From the IMG/VR virus record IMGVR_UViG_3300017964_000010, positions 1 through 64,000 of that record: a DNA stretch of 64,000 bases; one strand, written 5' to 3'. This document shows, piece by piece, positions 21,301-29,167 of this stretch. Both the position numbers and the translations under genes were made by a program. The stretch's first letter is position 1; each line of letters begins with the position of its first letter. The notes below the pieces were generated by a model that saw only the letters and a list, made by a program, of their open reading frames with translations, ran no database searches and was not told the origin of the DNA. This DNA is from a virus.

Positions 21301-21358
21301 GCGAACTAGGAATAGCTTGCGTAGATGATCTTTTTATTCTTATTATACTGAAAGCCAT
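18347..21358 (-). CDS. Virion structural protein with two PKD-like domains
   Basis: N-terminal IRIKRSS...LKTGELAYS fibre-anchor motif, IRFNTEDTSFEGYDG motif, and PKD signatures YDIDWGDGT and YTMDWGDGT. Confidence 0.7.
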   Translation of the reverse strand: MAFSIIRIKRSSTQAIPSSLKTGELAYSSLDSSRALFIGVGNPIDSSGTAPRIAKIGGEFITSLVPDSAGINQSLKLLLTGDSRDLDYLRINNELVIPTGTTSERPDDVIGSIRFNTEDTSFEGYDGNVWSGLGGVKDVDQDTYIIAELSPGTDNDTLQFYTAGTKRLSITDSGQLVASVDYIPDSSQSLVTKTYTDNVKAGIPLDGLWKDGAYMHFVDSDRVTDVLDGLNEAINNVRNNAFCRDLTFTASPTAAGAGFIATLTIDNDGTPNRYDIDWGDGTIDSAVTAVNPTHQYLDPLSSPASVKVRAWHTDGVGTGSEAFRTNVDYITIYTPDPVAQFTLHRLEDISSPVLTGNDLYVIEGQNLWLSNLSTNTNVADKNGPATVEYTMDWGDGTPIDNILDNTGAGGASGIRLVHTWPVGSNTGTGKDTLTLTIVTHTTADPTLIPESGTTELKVYNPNISAPQGLNTKTISFNNSIGDSPKLAVGFTDNTTGGGPTSSQDVDRVTQSSGNVETSVTSSGIAYSGNSGVLVSNINNSIDGSVTFTSANQNGTYNSLIVSDNVDYNLFDATGAPTSFDTSIYHPNLYQGFKAKISKNVTLLPVGLNSYSISHSQTGSTNTVYFVKDNNNTTPSLTTGTISENVSGTYKYISGVPHYTTGATLNVSGLNISDFIGQTYQQTNSPFQVSSATRLEGTGNVISDQNYRYDQIDGVSTFLSNGIPIANTGIPSPYALGSMSVIITSTTSARAMQKLKVRARNPNGWGSYHELSENILVHNADQTPISEIAIEVDDNLGFGFDDDGVRIFDFNSEVINTPSYTSSTNFYTNNVYTETADPGVEGTQEATVNYGVIEHNLTDYSNGSYLPAGPNRSGDTGIQYFTFAFRRTVVANFNINITSTTGVEGIFIAAPGSTIDNTSTINGWLDCSIQANDGGVPGANISNGGNGSNGCAKTGNDRIIANTALSGSYLMTLGEENLTNATGNVGLVRIALSTNQSITALSIS

Positions 21359-21394
21359 ACTGGGTCAAACCTTAATAAATCTTGAATTATATAC

Positions 21395-21402
21395 TATTTA
21401 TA
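21395..21402 (-). promoter_or_regulatory. T4-type late promoter TATAAATA
   Basis: Exact consensus in the intergenic gap upstream of 18347..21358. Confidence 0.75.
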
Positions 21403-21408
21403 TACTTT

Positions 21409-21654
21409 TTAAAAGGTATCACCCCCATCTAGTTCTTGGCTTATATATTTTTGTTCAGCGGCATCAAAAACTAATACATGTCCTTCTGCAAGACCTAAAA
21501 GAGTTGGATCATCTGTATTTGTTTCATCCACATCTACATCAACAATATCTCTTAATCTAGCACGAAGTTGAACCCGTTTTGTTGTAAAAACGGGTGTTCC
21601 TACAGTAATTTTTTTTACAACTGTTTTATTTGATACTAACTTTATACTAGACAT
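21409..21654 (-). CDS. Small virion-associated protein
   Basis: Ends in LDGGDTF, has an EGHVLVFD fibre-like motif, and lies in the late operon. Confidence 0.6.
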   Translation of the reverse strand: MSSIKLVSNKTVVKKITVGTPVFTTKRVQLRARLRDIVDVDVDETNTDDPTLLGLAEGHVLVFDAAEQKYISQELDGGDTF

Positions 21655-21663
21655 TATTTACCT

Positions 21664-22050
21664 CTAAGTTACGGATGGAGTAACCTGTATATTACCCTCT
21701 AATATTCTTTCAACTATTGTAGCTTGTTCTGCAGAATCATATCTTGATATTTCAACATCATAAACATATCTACCCGGTTTTAAAGCATTTGTCTGTTCAT
21801 TAGTTAAAGATAAATGTATAACATAATCTAAATTATCCGGATCAACCGTAGTTGCAAAAAATGATATAGCATCAGAATCTTTAGTATTATAAGTTTTTTT
21901 TAATTTTGCATTCACATTATATAATGGAACAAAGGTAGCAGTTTCATCTTGAGTATTTAATTGTTTAGGAGATCCGTCTGGATTATATAAATCCAGCCTA
22001 ATAGTTACATCCGAACCTTTATCAATTGTTAAATCTTCGTATTGTGCCAT
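21664..22050 (-). CDS. Conserved phage structural protein (BppU-like Ig fold)
   Basis: LTIDKGS...LSLTNEQTNALKPGRYVYDVEI...RILEGNIQVTPSVT pattern seen in T4-like tail regions. Confidence 0.7.
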   Translation of the reverse strand: MAQYEDLTIDKGSDVTIRLDLYNPDGSPKQLNTQDETATFVPLYNVNAKLKKTYNTKDSDAISFFATTVDPDNLDYVIHLSLTNEQTNALKPGRYVYDVEISRYDSAEQATIVERILEGNIQVTPSVT

Positions 22051-22061
22051 TTTCTTTCTCG

Positions 22062-23576
22062 TTATAAAATTTCTATATCCGTAATATATAAGTTTGCACC
22101 GGCTGCTTTACCACCAGAATAATCAAAAGTTCCACATAAAAATGCAAAACTATAAGTTGCATCATTTTGTACCTGTACTGTTACTGTTTGCCATCCACTA
22201 TCGCCGCCTACAGAATTTTGAGTTTCATTTAATAATGTTTGTTGATAGTGGTTTCCCGGAGACGTGTCCCAAGATTGTAACCAAGCAAAAACATCATATG
22301 CATCGCCACCACCAACTGCTCTCCACTTAAAGCGAACTGAATTACTTGTTGTTAAAGGAATCCAAGATAAGCTTGTTAATAATGGACCATGAACAACATC
22401 GTAGCCATTTTGTGTCGTTCCTGAGTTATACAGTCTCATACAATAATAACCTAGTTGAGTGCTGCCTCCTTGTACGGTATCTGTAGGACTTTTAAACTCA
22501 AAATTATAAACGGCGCCAGAAGCAAAATCTCCAAGATCACCTTGGCTAGTTCCGCTACTACCCGAAGGTGTCGGTGTAGGATCGATCGGCATATTAATAC
22601 CTTTATCCGTAAATCCTGATCTACGCCAATATATTGTACTACCCGTGTGTGATGGAGAAGTACTTTTTCCTAAATTTTTATTTGATCTATGTACATCCCA
22701 GCCTAATAGTTGTGATATAGGTTGACTATTATATGTACTTGAATATAATGTAGTATTTTGAAAATTAGGATTTATAAAACCTATACTCGTATCTAAAAGA
22801 GTAAATGGTGTTGTCACTAAATCGCCGCCGTCAGAATCTAATCCAGGAAATCTTATTCTTAAATCTATATTACCTTCAGCTTTATTATCGGCAGCAAAAG
22901 AACAACGAAGATTTAAAACAGGTGTTAAATAATTTAAAACATTAAATTCTGTTGAATTTAATTCCCAACCAGGTCGTGATCCTTGTGTAAAAGCAGAACC
23001 AGCCCCTCCTATTTGTACGCCGTCTAAGTTAAGAAAATCTGAACTATCAAAATTGGGATCTGGGCCATATGCTGGTTCAATTACATAATATATACCTCTC
23101 CATGGATCATAACCAGCTGGCCAATTGCCTCCAGTATCAGTACTTACAGTTTTTACAACAGTACCCAATGATCTTCGTACATCATTAGTTGTACCGTTTT
23201 CTACTCTATAGGTTGCATCAAATTGCAAAGTAACATCATTAAAAAAACCTGTATTCGGGGGCTCTGCAACATGACTTACAGTAAAACCGGTTGTTCTTGT
23301 TTGAAAATCTCTTATACTTATTTCAGTTCCACGATTTTTTGCACCAATAGTTCTCCTACTATTTGATGTAGATGTTCCAATTCTTCCGTTTGGATCTTCT
23401 GGTACATTAAGCCAAGCACTAAAGAAATTATCTTGTTCAGGAACATATATTCCGCCTCTATATAAATCTGCAAAAGATAAAGGCTGGTTATTACCAACAT
23501 TAAATGCTGACCTAAGATCATCAAAAGAAAATTCAGTTCCTAAGCTTCTTGGAAATAAATTTCGGTTATAACTCAT
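22062..23576 (-). CDS. Putative fibre-tip adhesin / receptor-binding protein
   Basis: N-terminal 'SFDDLRSAF...LSFADLYRGG...ISIRDF' cap motif typical of proteins following chaperone-containing fibres, then a beta-rich C-terminus. Confidence 0.55.
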   Translation of the reverse strand: MSYNRNLFPRSLGTEFSFDDLRSAFNVGNNQPLSFADLYRGGIYVPEQDNFFSAWLNVPEDPNGRIGTSTSNSRRTIGAKNRGTEISIRDFQTRTTGFTVSHVAEPPNTGFFNDVTLQFDATYRVENGTTNDVRRSLGTVVKTVSTDTGGNWPAGYDPWRGIYYVIEPAYGPDPNFDSSDFLNLDGVQIGGAGSAFTQGSRPGWELNSTEFNVLNYLTPVLNLRCSFAADNKAEGNIDLRIRFPGLDSDGGDLVTTPFTLLDTSIGFINPNFQNTTLYSSTYNSQPISQLLGWDVHRSNKNLGKSTSPSHTGSTIYWRRSGFTDKGINMPIDPTPTPSGSSGTSQGDLGDFASGAVYNFEFKSPTDTVQGGSTQLGYYCMRLYNSGTTQNGYDVVHGPLLTSLSWIPLTTSNSVRFKWRAVGGGDAYDVFAWLQSWDTSPGNHYQQTLLNETQNSVGGDSGWQTVTVQVQNDATYSFAFLCGTFDYSGGKAAGANLYITDIEIL

Positions 23577-24607
23577 GCTACTTTATCTTTATTTTTTAAT
23601 TCTTCTATTTCAGCTTTTAATTCTTTTACGGCTTCTACAAGTAAACCTATCATATTAGCATAATGTAAAGCTTTATTTCCTTGAGGTGTTTCATATACTG
23701 CTTCCGGTAAAACTTTTTCAACTTCTTGAGCAATAAGACCTGGTAATCTAATATCACTACCTATATAATTAAATGTATATCCGTTTAATTCCATCACTTT
23801 ATCAACAGGATTGTTAATAAGTTCTAAATTTTCTTTAAGAGATATATCGGAAAAACTAGCAAAACCTGTTATATTTCCAGAAACATATAATTCACCCGTA
23901 ATATAATAATCTCCAAGCATATTGGAATCGCCAAACTTAGAAATAAATGAAGTATTACCTCTAGTTTCAACATAAGACGAATCAATAATAGTTGTTAAAT
24001 CTACTGCAGTTACAGAAGCTCCGTGGCCATATGTATCAAATGTAATACTTTGTAAAACATTAGTCCCAGAATTTATAGAATTTGTTAAACCTCCGGCAGT
24101 TGGATGAGAAATATAAACTGGACCACTACCTGGAGTAATTAAACCCCCACCACTTAATCCAACACCAGCAAAGACACCTGCAGATTCTAAGAATATTGTG
24201 CCACCATTAGACTCTACCATAGATAAAATGTGTCCAGCATTATCAATTGTAATATTACGAATAATATTTGAATTACCAGAATTATTTATTGAAGTTGCAG
24301 AACTTATTGCGTGATTAAGAGAAATTGTATCATTTGCACTATCAAATATGCCTCCGCTTAAACTATCAAAGCCTATACTTGCATTAATTGTATAAGGAAA
24401 ATGTAAATTATTATTGGAACTAATTGCACTATCAAGCTGTTGAACAGTAACAAAAGTATTACCTCCGGATAATACATAACCAACAAAGTCCATAACATTA
24501 ACACGAGAAGAAGCTTGAGGCTTACCGCCTACATTAGAAATAACAAGATAATCTCCCGAATCTATGTCGGCTTGTTGAATTGGTGTTAAATCTAATATTC
24601 TTACCAT
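23573..24607 (-). CDS. Tail fibre with C-terminal Peptidase S74-type intramolecular chaperone
   Basis: FSDISLKENL...LNGYTFNY...GLIAQEVEKVLPEAV...YANMIGLLVEAVKEL coiled-coil end. Confidence 0.85.
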   Translation of the reverse strand: MVRILDLTPIQQADIDSGDYLVISNVGGKPQASSRVNVMDFVGYVLSGGNTFVTVQQLDSAISSNNNLHFPYTINASIGFDSLSGGIFDSANDTISLNHAISSATSINNSGNSNIIRNITIDNAGHILSMVESNGGTIFLESAGVFAGVGLSGGGLITPGSGPVYISHPTAGGLTNSINSGTNVLQSITFDTYGHGASVTAVDLTTIIDSSYVETRGNTSFISKFGDSNMLGDYYITGELYVSGNITGFASFSDISLKENLELINNPVDKVMELNGYTFNYIGSDIRLPGLIAQEVEKVLPEAVYETPQGNKALHYANMIGLLVEAVKELKAEIEELKNKDKVA

Positions 24608-24624
24608 TTTTTTTTCTTTCTATA

Positions 24625-25854
24625 TTATAATTGGGTCATTGTGCCTGTTGTATCAATATCTTCGTTTGCATCAGTTCCGTACCAAAATAATGATACATTT
24701 ACTGACCATTTAGTTCCACTGGCAATAAAATGGTTGCCGCCGGTTCTTCGAGTTGGAGCTGCTACTCCATTATTGCCTATTGGTACTAATACATCATTAT
24801 TAGAAACATCATAAGCAACCGCAACTCCTTCATTTTTGCCATAAGGATCATTATTTGATGTTCCTATATATATTACATCACCAACTGAATAACCACCATC
24901 GGCACTAGTACATATTATTTTTAATTGTATATCATCGGGTCTTCTTGATATTCCTGTAGGAAAATTACTGGCGTTCCATCTATATGTTGCAGAATTAGCA
25001 GGTACTGCTATAGTGACATCTTGTCTATAAACCTTTGTTGCTGCTACTGAAGAAAGATCTGCTGGTTCAAAAGTAAAGTTTCCGGTTCCGTTATTATAAG
25101 TTAAAGAACCGCCGCCACTAGCAGCATTTGTAATTACAGCTAAATCTGTTAAAGCTATTCCGCCGCTGTCTGGATCAACTCTTGCGTTAATATATGCAGA
25201 ATCAATTAAATTAAGTGTTATTGCTTGAGCTGTTGCTGAATCAATTCCTGCCGGCGAAATATTATTATTAATATTATTAATAATATTATTCATATTAACT
25301 CTAAATTGACCAGTAGCGGTATTATAATCAAGTGAACTGTCACCAGGGTAAGTTCCTATTGCAGCATAAACTCTCTGATTAGTATAATAAAGATTTGAAC
25401 TACCTTCTTGTAAATCATCTGTTGTATTTTGTAAAAATTCTTTATCAAAGTAGCCTACTGGCATTCTAGCAGAATCTAAAACACCCGTAATTATCATACA
25501 AGCATCTAATCCGGGAATTAACTGTGCATTAAACACACCAGTTCCGACTTTACTTGCATCTAAAGTAGGAATATCAGAATCTCTAATGGTATTCGAAGAA
25601 AATGTAAAAACGCCTGTTGCCGGACTATAAGATAAACTAGAATGTGGAGCATTATTACTTGCGTTTAGTGATACACTATTACGAATAAATGATTGAGTTG
25701 TTCTACTATTAACTTCATTTAAAGCCTGAACAAGATCAGTAGTTACCGGAGTAGTTAAATTATCCGGATCTCCAACATTACTTGAGATAAGATTTGTTTT
25801 TTGTCTAAAGGTCTCAAACGTGTCTGTCAAATTAACTGTAGGTTTTCTGGCCAT
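24625..25854 (-). CDS. Tail fibre protein (paralogue of 27800..28948 at the N-terminus)
   Basis: MARKPTVNLTDTFETFRQKTN start, LDASKxxTGVF repeats, TTDDLQEGSSNLYYT repeat. Confidence 0.65.
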   Translation of the reverse strand: MARKPTVNLTDTFETFRQKTNLISSNVGDPDNLTTPVTTDLVQALNEVNSRTTQSFIRNSVSLNASNNAPHSSLSYSPATGVFTFSSNTIRDSDIPTLDASKVGTGVFNAQLIPGLDACMIITGVLDSARMPVGYFDKEFLQNTTDDLQEGSSNLYYTNQRVYAAIGTYPGDSSLDYNTATGQFRVNMNNIINNINNNISPAGIDSATAQAITLNLIDSAYINARVDPDSGGIALTDLAVITNAASGGGSLTYNNGTGNFTFEPADLSSVAATKVYRQDVTIAVPANSATYRWNASNFPTGISRRPDDIQLKIICTSADGGYSVGDVIYIGTSNNDPYGKNEGVAVAYDVSNNDVLVPIGNNGVAAPTRRTGGNHFIASGTKWSVNVSLFWYGTDANEDIDTTGTMTQL

Positions 25855-25886
25855 TTTTATACCATCTCTAAAATTTTAATTAATAC

Positions 25887-25894
25887 TATTTATA
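25887..25894 (-). promoter_or_regulatory. T4-type late promoter TATAAATA
   Basis: Exact consensus, intergenic, upstream of 24625..25854. Confidence 0.75.
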
Positions 25895-25912
25895 ACAAAT
25901 TATTTAGATTTA

Positions 25913-27790
25913 TTAGAAAAAGAGTACTGCAACTGCACCAGATGATCCAGAACCAGAAGATGTAGAAGATGCGCCTCCACCGCCGCCAAAATTACCACCA
26001 TTTGAACCGGTTCCTCCACCATGACCGCACAGCACTTTACCATTTGATCTTACTAAATGTGTTGATGTACCATATTGTGATAAAATTAAATTTACTTCAG
26101 TTCCAGTAAGAGAACCATTAGGACCTCCCGCAGGACCGCCCGAACTTTGAACTCCCGCGGCTGCACCTGCTGCATCACCACCATTTATATTATAATCACC
26201 GCCTGATGCACCACCACCATTAGGCCCGATTTGTACAACATTTCCACCAATTCCACCACCGCCGTAAACCGGAGAACTTAAAGATCCGCCCGTAACTGTA
26301 GTATTACCTCCATTTGCTCCTGCAGCATTACTACTACCAACGCCTCCTGCACCAACATTAAAGTTAAATGTTTCTCCTGGCAAAACCTGAGTTATTCTTA
26401 TTGCAACACCCCCACCTCCGCCGCCAAAACTTTGAGAACCGACACCGCCTGCTGCTCCTCCACCAATAGAAACAAAAGCAACATTTCTTGCTGAATTAAT
26501 TGACCATGTTTGATTTGCAGCATAAACAGATACTGAAGTAGGTGCCGTCGAAAATAAACCAGTGTTAATGTCAAATGTAGGTAAAGGATCTGATGTTAAT
26601 CCTATAACACCATTTAAAATAACATCATCTCTTATAGCAGTCCATGCATTATATAAATCATTAAAGTATTGTACAATATTTTCATCTTCATTTAATTGTG
26701 TCGGATCTAAGTTATTTTCATCAGTAACTATTGATGGTATAGTAGGATCTATATTTGTTCTATATTGGGGCCCCATATATGCTACTTGTGTTTCATCATA
26801 TACCGTACCATCTTCTCTTGTAGCAAGCACTCTTAATTTTCTTATATTTGTATATTTATTTGCCTCGGTTAAAAATACATCAAATATTTTGTCACCATCT
26901 ATTTTATATCCTAATCCTAAATGATTATCACCCCTTATAGAATTAACTAGATCTTGTTCATTAAATACTGGACCAGTGCCAGGAAGAGAAGATGGTGTTT
27001 CTTCTTTTAATATAATACCGCCTGATACACCATTACCGCCGTTATTACCGCCTCCTGCCGCCCCGGTTCCACCAGAGCCTATTTGGGTAATTACCATATA
27101 AATTGTTTGACCCGAATATGCAGATAAATCTAAATCCGTTTCTACTTTTTCTCCAGCACTTCCGCCCTTACCGCCATTACCGGATTCATCATATCGATCT
27201 GGTAAATCTCCTCCTCCACCGCCGCCGCCGGCTCCTATACCTGTAGCATCAGTACCACTACTTGATTCTCTTGCAACACCACCAGTTCCTATTGTACCAT
27301 AATTTGGATCAGAAGATACAACACTTCCTCCTACAGTAGCCGGTTTTGGTCCACTATTACTAAAAGAAACAGCACAGCTTGCACCACCTTCACCGCCTGC
27401 TAAATCATAAGCTTTTATAAGAGTGCCGGTTGGCGATCCTGCTCTAAATTCAAATATAGTATTAGTACCATTACCACCTTTTCTATCACCCGTAGGACCA
27501 CCACCAGGACCGCCATTTTCTCTACCATGGCCTCCGCCACCACCACCGGCAACAGCTATAAAAGAAACACTATTTCTTACACCTAAAATAACAGTATCTG
27601 GTGATGTTATAGTTGCAGAACCACCAAATGCAGCTGCCACTTTAGGATCACTCTGTACTTCTGGTCCATCATCTCCGGACCAAACTATTTCAGCAATTAT
27701 TCTATCGTGAAAAATTTCTTTAAATTTTCTAACAATAGGAAGTACTTCTACTTCATCATTTAAATTTCCTATTACATTTCCAGCTACCAT
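25913..27790 (-). CDS. Glycine-rich tail adhesin-like protein
   Basis: Two Gly-rich domains (xxAGGGGGG, GAGGGGG, GxxGAVAV) flanking a globular core. Confidence 0.65.
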   Translation of the reverse strand: MVAGNVIGNLNDEVEVLPIVRKFKEIFHDRIIAEIVWSGDDGPEVQSDPKVAAAFGGSATITSPDTVILGVRNSVSFIAVAGGGGGGHGRENGGPGGGPTGDRKGGNGTNTIFEFRAGSPTGTLIKAYDLAGGEGGASCAVSFSNSGPKPATVGGSVVSSDPNYGTIGTGGVARESSSGTDATGIGAGGGGGGGDLPDRYDESGNGGKGGSAGEKVETDLDLSAYSGQTIYMVITQIGSGGTGAAGGGNNGGNGVSGGIILKEETPSSLPGTGPVFNEQDLVNSIRGDNHLGLGYKIDGDKIFDVFLTEANKYTNIRKLRVLATREDGTVYDETQVAYMGPQYRTNIDPTIPSIVTDENNLDPTQLNEDENIVQYFNDLYNAWTAIRDDVILNGVIGLTSDPLPTFDINTGLFSTAPTSVSVYAANQTWSINSARNVAFVSIGGGAAGGVGSQSFGGGGGGVAIRITQVLPGETFNFNVGAGGVGSSNAAGANGGNTTVTGGSLSSPVYGGGGIGGNVVQIGPNGGGASGGDYNINGGDAAGAAAGVQSSGGPAGGPNGSLTGTEVNLILSQYGTSTHLVRSNGKVLCGHGGGTGSNGGNFGGGGGASSTSSGSGSSGAVAVLFF

Positions 27791-27799
27791 ATTGTACTC

Positions 27800-28948
27800 C
27801 TACACTTTAAGTACACACTCAACTAATTTTTCTTCTTGATTTTTATTTGTTTCAAGAGCAATACCAACAATTGCTGTGGTTTTTAGTGTAGTACAAATAC
27901 CGTCTTTTAGAGCAAAGACTGCTTGACCTTTATTAACGGGCCCTTCTACCCTTACTGGAACACGACCCTTTAGTCCAACATACTGCCCTTCAGCTTCACT
28001 ATTCATCATAAGAGCTGGTTTTGTAGAAATTACACCAATACAATAATCGGACATTGTTGCTTCTCTAACTTCATAATCTTTACTATCTGAAACAGCAACT
28101 GCGGTTCCAGGAATTAATTCTTCACGTGTTGTATATTTTTCTGCAAGGTCAGCATACAGTGAAGAGGTTGCAACACCATCAAAAGTAGTAGCATACATAG
28201 TAGCAAATCTATTTGTATCCTCTCCTATATCATAGGTATTATTACTTGCAGATAGAACATGATCATTAATTGTAAGATTAGATGACATTGTTACGCCACC
28301 TGTAAATGTTTTATTACCACTTATTGTTTGTAAATTAGTAAGAAGAACTGGTCCGTGTGGATTTGAACCATAAAGAGTTGTTGGAAAACCAAATCCCAGA
28401 GAATCTAATTCAATAGGATGATCAATTGGTATTGGTGGTATACAAGGTAATCTGTTTATCTCGCCTTTAATTTTTGAACCGCGTGTATCTGGAATATGAT
28501 TTGAATCTATAATACCAGATGTAATAATACTACCAGGCAAATTTGGAACATGTGCAACGCCCAACTGATCTGAAGTAATTTTAGTTGCAGATATATTGGG
28601 TATTCTTGCTGGATCAAATGTACCAGATGTTATTTTTCCTGCCGGGAGAGAAGGAACCAAGCTTGGTGTAAGAGGATTTGTTACAAAAGTAAATTCTCCA
28701 TTAGCACTATTATAAGATAATTGTGCAAGAGAATTTGGCCCAGAAGTAGTTAAAGAAATAAGCTGTGCTATTTCAGCCGAATCTAAAAATTTATTATCTA
28801 AGTAATTAATAGCTGAAACAATACTTACATCATCAGGAGCTGGCACTTGAAGATTGTCTAAATCTCCAAGATATTCTCCTGTTAAGTTTGTTTTCTGTCT
28901 CCACGCTTCAATAGAGTTACTTAGGTCTACATATACTTGCCTTGCCAT
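27800..28948 (-). CDS. Tail fibre with C-terminal 'ADLAEKY' auto-cleavage/chaperone domain
   Basis: YADLAEKY...GVISTKPALMMN...GLKGRVPVRVEGPVNKG...IVGIALE motif, plus LPAxKITSG repeats. Confidence 0.75.
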   Translation of the reverse strand: MARQVYVDLSNSIEAWRQKTNLTGEYLGDLDNLQVPAPDDVSIVSAINYLDNKFLDSAEIAQLISLTTSGPNSLAQLSYNSANGEFTFVTNPLTPSLVPSLPAGKITSGTFDPARIPNISATKITSDQLGVAHVPNLPGSIITSGIIDSNHIPDTRGSKIKGEINRLPCIPPIPIDHPIELDSLGFGFPTTLYGSNPHGPVLLTNLQTISGNKTFTGGVTMSSNLTINDHVLSASNNTYDIGEDTNRFATMYATTFDGVATSSLYADLAEKYTTREELIPGTAVAVSDSKDYEVREATMSDYCIGVISTKPALMMNSEAEGQYVGLKGRVPVRVEGPVNKGQAVFALKDGICTTLKTTAIVGIALETNKNQEEKLVECVLKV

Positions 28949-29166
28949 TAATCACCTATTTTATTTAAAAGAGTTGAAAGTAATTCTTTTATTTCTGTAA
29001 CATCGTCTTTTAATTTTTCCAATTCTTGCTTTTCTCTTTTTTTCTTTTTTAATGCTTGTCTTGATTTAATAATTGTTTCATCATCACTTATTACAATTGC
29101 TCCAGACTCTAAATCTCTTTTATATCCTGGAAAATTATCTACCATTGCATATTTATGATTTTTCAA
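28948..29166 (-). CDS. Small conserved coiled-coil protein downstream of the DUF4815 gene
   Basis: RDLESGAIV...LKDDVTEIKELL, in the usual position in T4-like phages. Confidence 0.7.
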   Translation of the reverse strand: MKNHKYAMVDNFPGYKRDLESGAIVISDDETIIKSRQALKKKKREKQELEKLKDDVTEIKELLSTLLNKIGD

Positions 29167-29167
29167 T

